Of a stretch of DNA of 64,000 nucleotides, positions 12,312-25,019 are shown piece after piece (position 1 is the first letter of the stretch; every line of letters starts with the position of its first letter). The DNA is from Laetmonice hystrix (Eukaryota). The notes under the pieces were generated by a model, which saw only the letters and a program-made list of their open reading frames with translations, made no database searches and was not told where the DNA came from. Both the position numbers and the translations under genes were made by a program. The stretch is from assembly GCA_965235115.1 (NCBI GenBank), contig OZ249436.1, forward strand, positions 37,946,001-38,010,000, in the 5' to 3' direction.

Positions 12312-15020
12312 GGAATATAAGTGTGATACTGGGTATACGTTAAAACAGAACCATATAGGAATTAATTCAACCAGAATACGAAGGCCTAAGCAAAAAGGAA
12401 ATAAAAAGTGGCGAACAAACGAGGATTCTCACACTTTAGGTATGAAGAACATATATTGGGACAGAAAGATATTCTGAGTTGGTCGGGTGGGTAGACTTAA
12501 TTAAACCCCCCAACCCCCATTTGGATCTAAGCCGTAAAATATATTGTTAGGGGTGCTAAGATCAAATTTGAAGTCCACATTTTAAAAATTGGGGTATCTG
12601 TCCCACCGGGTTCCCGCGCCTATATATGAGAACGAAAGTACAATTATACATTACCATGCCCCGTTATTACATAAAACAAATGTCTCATAAAATAAAGTAG
12701 GCAATATAAATTGATTCCAAAGTCATGAACATGTATATAACAATGTGATTCTGATTATATTTTTAGCTGTGATACGCCTGTATATATAGTAAACCCTATA
12801 AATAAGGAGAGTTGGTCGTTTGACAGTTCAGAACAGAATCCAAATCGTCGAATGCTATTTTGGAATTCGTATTATTGCCGAAGTTCACTGTAAGTATATA
12901 CAATGTACTTCAAATCGCCCGTTTCGCCCTCAAGGCAATGACTTGTCGACAACGTAATGATGAGAATGATAAAATTGATGATATGTTATAGAGGAGGGGG
13001 CGTAAGGTGGGGCTCAAGAAATGTTAGAACTATTAAGATAATGGTATAATAGAGTAAGGCAAATCCGGCCTCGATATTTGCAAATGCTCTTGGCTGAAAT
13101 GGAGACAGATTTGAGAATGTCATCTAATTTTATGTTATTTCTTAACAATTTCAAGATGATGTCAAATAAATTTCTCAATGTCATAAAAGAAAACAGCCTA
13201 GCTTTTTTGACACCCTGTTTATGCACGATAAGTATACATTATAACTTTTAGGTAGCTCTTAGATTTACCGTGTATATCGACATCGCAATCACGGTTAAAA
13301 ATACAGTGATTAACGTGTAGACGATTCAGAAAGTCTTCAATATATAAAACCTCTCCTGATTTAACTTAAGAATTAATAGTTATACCCTTGAAGGGCAATG
13401 ATGAGATGGTGATAATATAATGATAAGAATGATAAAATGATAATTATAATAGTAATACTAAAAATGCACTTTTTCAATTGCCAGCTTTTAAAAGAAATTG
13501 GAAGCCAACAGGAATTTTCTCCTGGTCTTTCCTATTACACAAGTGGCAACGCCTTTTCTTTCCTTTATATAAATTTCTGGCCGGGAGCGTGACATATACG
13601 AATATGTTTTCATCGCAAACTAAACCGCATCGTCTTGTAGACCTCCCCGACCACCTCCCAACGCGCCATCTCTCAATCAAAGCATTCCGACAATCGTCTC
13701 TTACAACCCGGCCTGTAATTACCCCGGACCGTCCTACCGCCCGCCCACAGCGCCCCACAGCGGACACATTCAGCACCTACCACACCGCCAGCTTTCCCCG
13801 ACCGACCGGCCCACCGACCGACCAGCCGACCGACCGACCGCTGGCCCCTGGTCCGGGATGGCGGGAGACTCTATAACCCGCCGCAGCAGCCACTTTGCTA
13901 ATCAGTGCTGTCAAGTGTAATGAGGTACAAATGGCCGGTTGTTGGCTGCATACTTCTGCTGATCATAGATTCTACCCGTGAGCAACAATATTGCGCGGAC
14001 CGCCTCTTGTCAGATGGTCTTCAGGGTCAGGCTTGTCCACGTTTGGCGGACTGGGGAGGAACCAGAAAGAAGAATGCCGTATGCTCTTTGAAGAATGTAA
14101 CCACCTGTAGAAGAGGCAGAGAAGGAGGAACCCCCACCGACTGCTCCCCCTCCTGATAGACTTCACAAGTCACCAAACCATGCATGATTTTCTTCGGGTT
14201 TTTATTTCTTCAAAGGCGGCTCGCGTTTCTGCCCCTGTCATCCATTGTGCTCTCATCATTGCATCATTTGATACAATATCGTTGGCGGTGAAAATGATTA
14301 TCAACGCTCAAGACAGGCACACTGACGACAGGAGGGTGGGGGGGGGGGGGCCCAATGTCACGTCTCTTGAGTGTTGAGTGGGGTCCTAGCCGTTACCAAG
14401 GGTTGAAACACTTCAATATTTCAATGCAATTCAACACCATGCATGAGAAATGTCTCAGGATAATTTTATTAAAGCATTTTCTAAGGCGTACATTTAGGTC
14501 TTTTCCCCTCCTTTGACTTACAAAGGTGTGAGTCTCGTAATTATTATCATGAGCTAAAGTGTCGGCATGTGTTAAACCTGACCGCAGTATTCAAGAAGTA
14601 AATTTAAGATATATCTAGTTACATACATAATGATATCTTTCATTTCCGTATGTAAAACCGTCCGAGGGGTTTGGAAACCGTCGTGGTTTAGTCCGTCAGA
14701 GTGAAACCACATGGTGATTGCTCATGTTGTTTGGTGAGACGATACACTCACGGCCAGAGAAGGTTCCCGAATTCTCCTTCAATGGTCTATTTGTACTTTT
14801 TCTCCAAGATCATGCTTATCTGATAGAGGTTATCAAATTTCTTTCATAAGTTCTATTAAGGGAGGCACACACACTCCTGTTTTTGCAAAGAATGAAAACG
14901 TACTCCTGGTACTAGAGAACAAAGAGAGACATGCCGTCACAGAGGGAGAGCGAAAGAAGACGAAGAAAGAGAGAGAGAGAGAGAGTCAAACAGGAGAATG
15001 AAAACGGAAAATTGAGTTGA

Positions 15021-15070
15021 GAAGAAGAAGAAGAAGAAGAAGAAGAAGAAGAAGAAGAAGAAGAAGAAGA
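15021..15070. repeat. (GAA)n microsatellite
   Basis: Direct reading; a short (GA)n tract lies just upstream at about 14969-14985. Confidence 0.95.
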
Positions 15071-17998
15071 CACATTGTCTTCTTACAAGGCTCCAACATC
15101 AATGTGTAGTGAAGATAATATTTCCCTTATGTATCATTAATACATCTATTGGGAAACTTCAACAAATCAAAATATTAAATTTTTTATACGTCCATATCTC
15201 GTCAGAACCATGATGAAGATCGCTTATATATGTGTTCGGATGCCCTGTCTCCTTCTATCAAGTCCACGTATCAAGCGTTTACCTCTAACAGTGATGACGA
15301 CGAATTGACGTGTTGCTTTATGAGAACCCAGCAAGGATTCTCCCACGGTCGGCCGGGCAGCGTCTGGTCGGTGTGGTCGACACAAAGACCAGACAATCAC
15401 TGCAATTAGAACCTTTGTGGCCTGGATCCGAGTGTGTCATAGCGCCCGGCCAGGCCAGCACAGGGGGTTGTCAATAGAACTGGCTTCACGCCCAAACGAC
15501 AGGTTGCCTACAATTAAACCCTCCTTCACCGTGCGGCGGGAGGGGGTGGGATGGGGAGGGGGGATGAAGACATCACCTCCAATTTTTTTTTTAAAGCATC
15601 AAGAATCGTTTTGGAGGAGAACCTGGGAACTTTGCCATGCTGACATCTTCAAGTTGATTGAGCTCCGTACGGTGTACCGTTTTTATCGTGTTTTCTATTG
15701 TGCCATGCTGCATTAGTATACATTTATGTATGAGAGTTGTGTGACTGGGCCTCCCAAGGTATTGTCTCTGTGTAGGTCTGTCAGTGGGGACTGGTAGGAC
15801 AGGTGTGGACCGGGGCTGAGATTTGTTACATCCAGGGACCAACAAACCCCACCGAGTGACAAATTGATGGCAATAACGACGACTAAACACAACTTAAGCC
15901 GTGAAGTCTCACCTTGGCCGGCCCAAAATGTCACCTTATTCTCTTTGATTCGTGGCGACATCGTTCAAGTTGAGAACTCTATGAAATACGGGTGTTCAAG
16001 CCGAATCTGGCACTTCTCCTGTGAGGTGGGAGGGACTGCTGAGCCGGCGGGACGTCAGTTCAGAACGTGTAGCGCACAGTGCCCGCTCACCTGCACCCTC
16101 TATACCTGGCGGTGCCCTTTCATCTCCGACTCTGAGGTTTCGTAATAGCGTGCATTTGTGACCAGCCAAGGTATGGGGGGAGCGTGCAGGAGGTTGCCAA
16201 GGAGAAAGGGCATTGTGAGGGAGAAACAGGGAATACAAAAGGGACCGATTGCACCACTTTGTTCTTTACATTGTGGTGAATGGCAAAACCAGAAGTAAAG
16301 AGCCAATAGGCAATTGGCGGCGGGGAACTGCAGGACATCAATGGGCGTTATGGTCGTCAGGCGTATAGACACTGGACACGCGCCTTTAACTCTTACAAAC
16401 GCGACTCATCCGTAGGGGTTCACCCACCTTCTACTCCTCAAAGACGGGTACACCCCCCACCCCACCCGTTACGACTCATTTGAGGCGCCAACCACAATAA
16501 AGAGAAATTCGGGTAAGAAGTAAAGCAGACCACAGCGATCTGTTTTCTCACCTGAGCATGAATGGTCCTGATGTGGACGGGTCGCCAAGGTTTCGTCCTG
16601 AAGGCGACAATTACTTCTCTCGGGGCGTCGGGCAATGTTACACATATCACTGATTACATGCATGGCAACCCGCAAAAAGGACTCGCGAAATGGAGCATTT
16701 AAAAAGCAGAAAAAACTGAAGGAAAGCCCCCTGCTGAGACGGAGCCGGTTCGTCTAGAGTTGACGATGTTCTCGTACAATCCATCAATTGCCGATTTGAT
16801 CCCGCCTAAAGAGGTCCGTTTTGTGGTCAGACACACAGGAACCATGGTGGTAAATGTTGGTGTCGTTCGGGTCGGGAAGGCGACAAAAAGTCTGCCCGCA
16901 ATGTAATTGTATTCTAGTTGTTCATTTACACTATACTCTCGGCTTGAGAAAGAAACCAGTCGAGAATACTGCTGAATCTATCTGCTTAAAGTGTTGACCA
17001 AGTCGGCCTCCTTGAATGTGGCCATTGTGTGCGATATAGGAAACGGTGAGCAGTGTATATATCTGTAGGCCTATACTGAGAGCAACAGGAAACGTTCAGG
17101 TCTGTCATTATGCTATATATTTTTCCCCAAACGATCATGACTGGTCCAATATTGAACCAGACAACCAAAGTCAGGGAATGATGTGTTGCCCCCCCCCCCC
17201 GATACACTTCACTGGCCTTGATATTATGCAACCTTAGAAAATCAGATTGAAGGGCATTAGGTGATTGGGCAAGGACTGTGGCATGATTTGAAGGCTGCAT
17301 GATCAGTAGGGTGTGATTACTCTCCATTAAAAAAAACACCATCAGTCATTGGATCCACATTCCCATGGCACGATTATCAAGAGATGAACGTTTGCACGCC
17401 CTGGGCTCCTCGACCACGGAACAGTCAAGAGCCTCTTACTGCTTCAGGAGGAATGGCTGCATCCCTGAGGGCAGGATTCGTATAAACTCATCAACAACAG
17501 GAGACCATGACTGACGTCGTGCATGGCTGCACGTGGTCGACACACGCACACATACACACAGCCACAGACACATTATTAGACTGTTTCTAATTGTCTCTGA
17601 AGTATTTACTCTGATTATAATGTCAGTATAATAAAATTCTGGGTAAGAAAATGTTACCTGAACGTTTGACTGTCTGTATATATCGTAATACCTTGTTGTT
17701 AACTCGCTAAAAGACGGCCCCACTATACCAGTGTCCATGTGCACCCCCTAACAACCCCCTAACACATCGTCAACATGGGATGTATTTCTCTGTTGAATAT
17801 TTATTCAAAGTATTCCAGATATCCCTTCCTGATATAAGTGAGGTGCGCTTCCTGAACAATCGGGCTGATGTCTTAAATCAGAATTTCTGACCGCGAGGTT
17901 TGAGGTACGACCGCGACACTCCTCAAACCACCAGACATTATATTGGCATTTGTCATCGTTTTGTATGGACACGACTGTCAGGTCAATATTTACATGAA

Positions 17999-20060
17999 AC
18001 GGAAACAGTCCCCTGTCAGTGTGAGTGGTTGTAATGGAGACGGTCCTGATCGATACGGAAACTGTCCCCTGTCAGTGTGAGTGGTTGTAATGGAGACGGT
18101 CCTGATACGGAAACTGTCCCCTGTCAGTGTGAGTAGTTGTAATGGAGACGGTCCCGATCACTGATACGGAAACTGTCCCCTGTCAGTGTGAGTGGTTGTA
18201 ATGGAGACGGTCCTGATCACTGATACGGAAAGTGTCCCCTGTCAGTGTGAGTGGTTGTAATGGAGACGGTACTGATCACTGATACGGAAACTGTCCCCTG
18301 TCAGTGTGAGTGGTTGTAATGGAGACGGTCCTGATCACTGATACGGAAACTGTCCCCTGTCAGTGTGAGTAGTTGTAATGGAGACGGTCCCGATCACTGA
18401 TACGGAAACTGTCCCCTGTCAGTGTGAGTGGTTGTAATGGAGACGGTCCCGATCACTGATTACGGAAACTGTCCCCTGTCAGTGTGAGTGGTTGTAATGG
18501 AGACGGTCCCGATCACTGATACGGAAACTGTCCCCTATCAGTGTGAGTGGTTGTAATGGAGACGGTCCTGATCGATACGGAAACTGTCCCCTGTCAGTGT
18601 GAGTGGTTGTAATGGAGACGGTCCTGATCACTGATACGAAAACTGTCCCCTGTCAGTGTGAGTGGTTGTAATGGAGACGGTCCTGATCACTGATACGGAA
18701 ACTGTCCCCTGTCAGTGTGAGTGGTTGTAATGAAGACAGTCCTGATCACTGATACGGAAACTGTCCCCTGTCAGTGTGAGTGGTTGTAATGGAGACGGTC
18801 CTGATCACTGATACGGAAACTGTCCCCTGTCAGTGCGAGTGGTTGTAATGGAGACGGTACTGATACGGAAACTGTCCCCTATCAGTGTGAGTGGTTGTAA
18901 TGGAGACGGTCCTGATCACTGATACGGAAACTGTCCCCTATCAGTGTGAGTGGTTGTAATGGAGACGGTCCTGATCACTGATACGGAAACTGTCCCCTGT
19001 CAGTGTGAGTGGTTGTAATGGAGACAGTCCTGATCACTGATACGGAAACTGTCCCCTGTCAGTGTGAGTGGTTGTAATGGAGACAGCGGAAACTGTCCCC
19101 TATTAGTGTGAGTGGTTGTAATGGAGACGGTCCCGATCACTGATACGGAAACCGTCCCCTGTCAGTGTGAGTGGCTGTAATGGAGACGGTCCTGATACGG
19201 AAACTGTCCCCTGTCAGTGTGAGTGGTTGTAATGGAGACGGTCCTGATACGGAAACTGTCCCCTGTCAGTGTGAGTGGTTGTAATGGAGACGGTACTGAT
19301 CACTGATACGGAAACTGTCCCCTGTCAGTTTGAGTGGTTGTAATGGAGACGGTCCTGATCACTGATACGGAAAGTGTCCCCTGTCAGTGTGAGTGGTTGT
19401 AATGGAGACGGTCTTGATCACTGATACGGAAACTGTCCCCTGTCAGTGTGAGTGGTTGTAATGGAGACGGTACTGATCACTGATTACGGAAACTGTCCCC
19501 TGTCAGTGTGAGTGGTTGTAATGGAGACGGTCCTGATCACTGATACGGAAAGTGTCCCCTGTCAGTGTGAGTGGTTGTAATGGAGACGGTACTGATCACT
19601 GATACGGAAACTGTCCCCTGTCAGTGTGAGTGGTTGTAATGAAGACGGTCTTGATCACTGATACGGAAACTGTCCCCTGTCAGTGTGAGTGGTTGTAATG
19701 GAGACGGTCTTGATCACTGATACGGAAACTGTCCCCTGTCAGTGTGAGTGGTTGTAATGGAGACGGTACTGATCACTGATACGGAAACTGTCCCCTGTCA
19801 GTGTGAGTGGTTGTAATGGAGACGGTCCTGATCACTGATACGGAAAGTGTCCCCTGTCAGTGTGAGTGGTTGTAATGGAGACGGTACTGATCACTGATAC
19901 GGAAACTGTCCCCTGTCAGTGTGAGTGGTTGTAATGGAGACAGCGGAAACTGTCCCCTATCAGTGTGAGTGGTTGTAATGGAGACGGTACTGATCACTGA
20001 TACGGAAACTGTCCCCTGTCAGTGTGAGTGGTTGTAATGGAGACGGTCCTGATCACTGAT
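17999..20060. repeat. Minisatellite, 59-bp unit with shorter variants, about 35 copies
   Basis: Unit CGGAAACTGTCCCCTGTCAGTGTGAGTGGTTGTAATGGAGACGGTCCTGATCACTGATA; variants lack part of the CTGATCACTGAT segment. Confidence 0.97.
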
Positions 20061-20574
20061 TGCCAGGATAGTCTCTATTTGTTCTGTGTATATCTTTAGT
20101 CGTCCATGTTACGTATATTTAATGCTCTCAGTATTATTAACTCTTAATGTTCACTGCCCACATTAGAACCCATTTCAAGGGGTTTAAATTGTATAGAATG
20201 ACGGTGCCAGGGACGCCTCGGGCATGCGTTATTATCACGGTATATAACACTGGCGCGACCTTGCCACCAATATCGGTTCTTTGATTCTCTGAACAATAAT
20301 TATAGAAACGCTGTCGTTGATACGTCATAGAATCATGACGTATTTTTTTGTTTACAAAATGTTCCAACTGCCGGGGTAGCCTAAGCCAATTGATGCCAAC
20401 TAATGGATGATGCCTCTACAGGCCCGTAGCAAGGAATACTTTTTTTAGGGGAAGGGTGCATATTTTGGAGAACGGGGGACTTTTGCACTAGGGTTTCTTT
20501 TGCTGTTAACTCGAAATATGCTTTACGAACTCAGCCATAATCTTTTTAAAGTGAGGCCTTGGGTAGAGCTTTGA

Positions 20575-20957
20575 CTGACATGATGGCACCAAGGTTTGAT
20601 GGGGTAGGCCTGTCGCAAGCTGACATGATGGCACCAAGGTTTGATGGGGTAGGCCTGTCGCAAGCTGACATGATGGCACCAAGGTTTGATGGGGTAGGCC
20701 TGTCGCAAGCTGACATGATGGCACCAAGGTTTGATGGGGTAGGCCAGTCGCAAGCTGACATGATGGTACGAAGGTTTGATGGGGCAGGCCTGTCGCAAGC
20801 TGACATGATGGCACGGAGGTTTGTTGGGGCAGGCCTGTCGCAAGCTGACATGATGGCACCAAGGTTTGATGGGGTAGGCCAGTCGCAAGCTGACATGATG
20901 GCACCAAGGTTTGATGGGGTAGGCCTGTCGCAAGCAGATATGATGGCACCAAGGTTT
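20575..20957. repeat. Minisatellite, 45-bp unit, about 8.5 copies
   Basis: Unit TGACATGATGGCACCAAGGTTTGATGGGGTAGGCCTGTCGCAAGC. Confidence 0.96.
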
Positions 20958-21634
20958 GCTATTGGCTTTAGGTGGTCAGTCCTACTTCAGATGGCGCCAC
21001 ACTCTACGGTCACGCTCGAGATACAAGACGTCTGGACTTGAGGTACACTAGTACCCAGTTCTAAATACTACGCTTATTTAGAGACTGGTATCGCCCGATG
21101 AATGACCCTGACCGGCCTACAATTCATAAACCTACCAAACGACATGTCTTATTCAAAGAGATCATAACAGTAATTATTTATGGTTAGGCCTACCTGACAG
21201 CGAAAATCCTTCCGATGGAAACACGTCAATTGATACCGTCACTAAAGTAATCTCAAAGCTAAATAACAGGCGTCTCATTTTTAGCCAACTTTAAATTTCA
21301 ATATCATGTAAGATCGTTGTAAAACACTTCTACAAAAGTGACAACTCGATTTTTTTTAAATGTTCAATCTTTTAATTACATCACACTTGTCCAAAAAAGA
21401 AAAAAACGTGCAAAATTTCCAGGGGTACGATTGTGGCGACATCAGGCGATCTTGATCTGAAACATCCAACCGAAACCAGACCCAATATCAGATCGGGTCG
21501 GGGGCACCAGTCAAACTCCGAGGATGCTTCCAGTCTACTATGACCTATAAACAATAGATGGCGTTGTTGTCGTCAGGTTACCTTAGACGTCCTGTGGACG
21601 GCAGGACCTGACACACGTCAAGCTGCTTTCACCT

Positions 21635-22052
21635 GAATACGGAATGCGGAGCGCGGAATGCGGAGCGCGGAATGCGGTATAGCAGATGCGGTAAAATAAA
21701 TACCGCGTGTATTGCGGTATTAGAGCAATTCAACATGGAACCATCTACAATGTATTCCCTGAATGTTCAATGTCTTTACTACGCTGTCCCATCCTAATTT
21801 TCTGGGCATGCATGTGACTTTCATCAGATTCACTGGCATCGTAAATGAGAGGGCGTTCCCTGACTATTTCTACTAATTTCAACGTTTTACTACGTGGTAT
21901 CTTGACTGCATATCAGAATGTATAGCTATAGGCCTATCATAGTATGTGCCAGTCGTACTGAGCGGCATTTTTTGGAATACAAACAGCAGCGTGTTATGAC
22001 AATCCCTTTTGTTATTACGACACATAATATCGTAGCGGCATTTATTCCGTCC
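21635..22052. mobile_element. Dispersed repeat / non-autonomous element, copy A
   Basis: Starts with (CGGAATGCGGAGCG)n, has an internal inverted pair AATAAATACCGC / GCGGCATTTATT, and its body matches 31730-32050 in reverse complement. Confidence 0.7.
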
Positions 22053-23087
22053 CCTGCCTTGGTTTCCAAGATTGACTTGCTGTCTTTTCCAACTTTTGTA
22101 TCTTTCTTTCCTTGCCCGCCTCTCTGCCGATTTCGTAAAATATTTTTTGGGTGGCATTTAGATATTGATGAGATAGAGATATCCATCTCTCTAGGCTAGC
22201 CGAGAGATGGACGTAAGCCCACTGTAAATCCCATCGAATCGCCGTACCACTATTCGCTCCCTCCTACCGTGTAATCACGCGAAAAAAATCATGGTACAGT
22301 GAAGCGGTACCTAATCTATAGCGATTGCATAAGAAATGAAGATCTTTATGTCCCTATTGTTTATAGAAATTTGCTGAAATATGTTCGAAGCGGCACATGT
22401 CGTTCCATTCCGCCGCCATGGTCTATTACTGGGGGGCAAACGTCACTTCCGGTGTCAGGAAGCAGCTTTGTATAGGCAGAACTAACTTTGTATAGGCAGT
22501 CCGCGCCATTTGATCGAGCATGGAGTGCACAGGCGATATCGAAGTCTTGCTGGACCTTGGCCTAGGTAGAGTTAATTCCAAATGAATCAATACCCGGTAA
22601 CAACACTACACAACCGCGGTCTCGAGCGTTCCAGAAGGGCCAACATCGCAAAATGAATGCTCCCCCGATTTGAGCTGTCGTAACGCCCACGAGACAGGCA
22701 AAATGGCGCCGCTCGGTAAACATGCATGCGCGAGTCGCTGGATAAAAGTTTTGATTATTCATCAAGATTTACACCACCGCCTTAAAGGTTTACACCACCG
22801 CAAAGCTAAGCACAGTTCCGAACTTTGTGATACATTTTTTGTTTTGGGGACGGCAATATAACAAAGTCACTTGATTTTTGGGCCACCATAGCATCAGCTC
22901 TGTTTGAACACAGAGCTGACGAGTTGGCATTCTGATGCCGAACTATCGAGTGCAACTTCTGAATTGTTTACAGCGAAGCACGTGACTAAGCACATGCAGA
23001 GAGTGCACACGCAGGATGTGACGCAGTATGCAATTACACGGGCTGATGGGAGGTTGTCTACCAAATTATGGTGGGAGATGTGCTATC

Positions 23088-23531
23088 GGGAGAAATATTA
23101 ACAACTCATGTAGAGCTGCCTACCTACATCTCCATAACATTAACAAGATTAAGAATTACTTGGATAAACCACCTGTTAGTCTTCAAGGCAAAACATCGCC
23201 TCGCTCCTACATATCTTCAGGATCTAATCCAACTTTATACACCAGTCAGAAGTCTGAGGTCAGCGAATCAATAACTTCTGTGTGTTCCATCCACAAAATC
23301 TTCCTTGGTCGCTCACACAGCTTTCGGTGCGGCAGGTCCCACATTGTGAAATTCACTCCCACTAGAGCTGCGGCAAATTCATACTTCAGCCACATTAAAA
23401 CGAAGTAATGTGTAATGTATAATTATTTAGTATTTATTTTCATTGAACTCTTATTGATTTGTTACAGCGTTTTGGAGCACTTCTGTGGATTTTACGCTAT
23501 ATAAAATAAACTACTATTATCATTATTATTA
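23088..23531 (+). mobile_element. Degenerate LINE (L2/CR1 group) 3' fragment
   Basis: Frameshifted peptides NINNSCRAAYLHLHNINKIKNYLD and LLVFKAKHRLAPTYLQDLIQLYTPVRSLRS...AFGAAGPTL*NSLPLELR resemble the L2 ORF2 C-terminus; ends in a CGCTATATAAA...(TAT)n tail. Confidence 0.85.
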
Positions 23532-23866
23532 AATGTGATGGACTGAAATATTTTTCCAACTAGCCCCCTTCCTATAAATCATTTTTCTTGCTAATATCAC
23601 GTGGGTGTATAATAATGCTATTTCATAATATTGTGTTTAAAACAGAATGTAACCCGCCGAAAATAACCCAACTGCAGCTCCTCCAACCCAACGTCCATAG
23701 TTAATATCAAACCCAACTCTTTGGATTTATATTCTTAACCCAAATTTTCAACCCAACGGCTGTAACGCAACCGTTCCGAAAGGACCTAACAATAGGACAG
23801 CAATAGCTCCCTCATTCCAACATCGATAATTAAAAGCAAAATAATTTCTTAGGACTTATTCGTAGA

Positions 23867-24345
23867 TTTTTTTGTTTAATATTTTTATTGATCATTTTAT
23901 ACTGGGCCTAGTTCAAGCCCTACAGCTTGTTCTCCCACTAGGACCAGTTTTGGATTACATATGTGCATGAAATAAACAACACGTCTCTATCAAATACCAA
24001 GTGTATGGGTGAAATAATGAAATGAGATGATAGTTAACACATAGGTTACAAATCATTTGCACTCCTTACCTACACAGAGCTAGTGTGCACCTATAATACA
24101 GGACAAAGGCAATTTTAGAATTGAGCTCTGTTTTAAGAGCTTTTTAAATGTTGAATAATCGTCTTGAACCCTGATTGTAACTGGAAGATTATTCCATGCC
24201 CTCACGGCGGTAAAAATAGGTGATTTAAGATACCAAGTAGATTTGGGTGTCGCTAAGTTAATAAGAGGGCCTTGTTGCGCCCTTGTACCTACACTTGTAA
24301 CCGACAGATTTAATTCTGACAAATTGAGTAAACGGTAAACCAAGG
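23867..24345 (-). mobile_element. LINE (CR1-group) 3' fragment
   Basis: Minus-strand peptide ...TRAQQGPLINLATPKSTWYLKSPIFTAVRAWNNLPVTIRVQDDYSTFKKLLK (WNxLP...FKxxLK ORF2 end), followed by a 3' UTR, AATAAA and an A-rich tail. Confidence 0.75.
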
Positions 24346-24864
24346 TAAATTTTTAGCCCACATTTTTAACCCAACAGCTGTAACACAGTGGATGGTTTAC
24401 AAAAGTAACTCAACGAATTTTAGTGCGATTTTCTGGTGGATGTTGGGTGGATTCTGCTCCGATTAACCCATGTAATAGCCACCATAGGGCGTACCCGGCG
24501 TGGCTTCTTTTTTGCTTTTCAGCATGTTGTTGAAGACGTCACTGGTATATTATCAAGTGATTTTAAAGGTGTTATTACTGTGGCAACAAAGTAACGCCTG
24601 CCAAATACGAAAAGCATGACATCCTGCTGAGGCGTTTTCGTCAACATCCTTCGCGACTTCCTGTCCGTATGAACAGATAAACAGATCGTGTATCACATTT
24701 GAATATATCCCGGACCCATTCGGACAGTGCATTTCGGGAAATTTCGCGCTCCGACAAAAGCATTGAACTGCAGATATAGGCCTGAATGCTACGGCGACGT
24801 TGCGCAGGGGAATAGAGCAAAGACCTTGTCTCTGGTTCTAAAGCATCACCTGCTGCAGCTAGAG

Positions 24865-25018
24865 GTAAGTAGATTCCATTATACGATACCACTCACAGGA
24901 TCCCTCCTACTCAGCGTGGTATTTTTACGAATTTACCATAGATATCAGTAGGACAATTTAATCGTACGTAGGCCTACTGTAGAAAGTTATTTTTTCTACT
25001 TTACTTGTTCATTTACAG
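24865..25018 (+). other. Putative 5' UTR intron of the GPCR-like gene
   Basis: Consensus donor GAG|GTAAGT at 24865; pyrimidine tract plus TACAG|G acceptor ending 25018, one base before the ATG. The spliced product has an in-frame TAG upstream of ATG 25020. Confidence 0.6.
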
Positions 25019-25019
25019 G

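Noticed and set aside
17999..20060. CRISPR-like appearance of repeat arrays
   Set aside because: Units are contiguous with no unique spacers, there are no cas genes, and the context is eukaryotic.
20506..21041. Repetitive ORFs in several frames
   Set aside because: Arise from the 45-bp minisatellite.
21879..22157. Basic ORF starting MPPKKYF
   Set aside because: Runs into a non-coding dispersed repeat; at most a transposon remnant and cannot be assigned.
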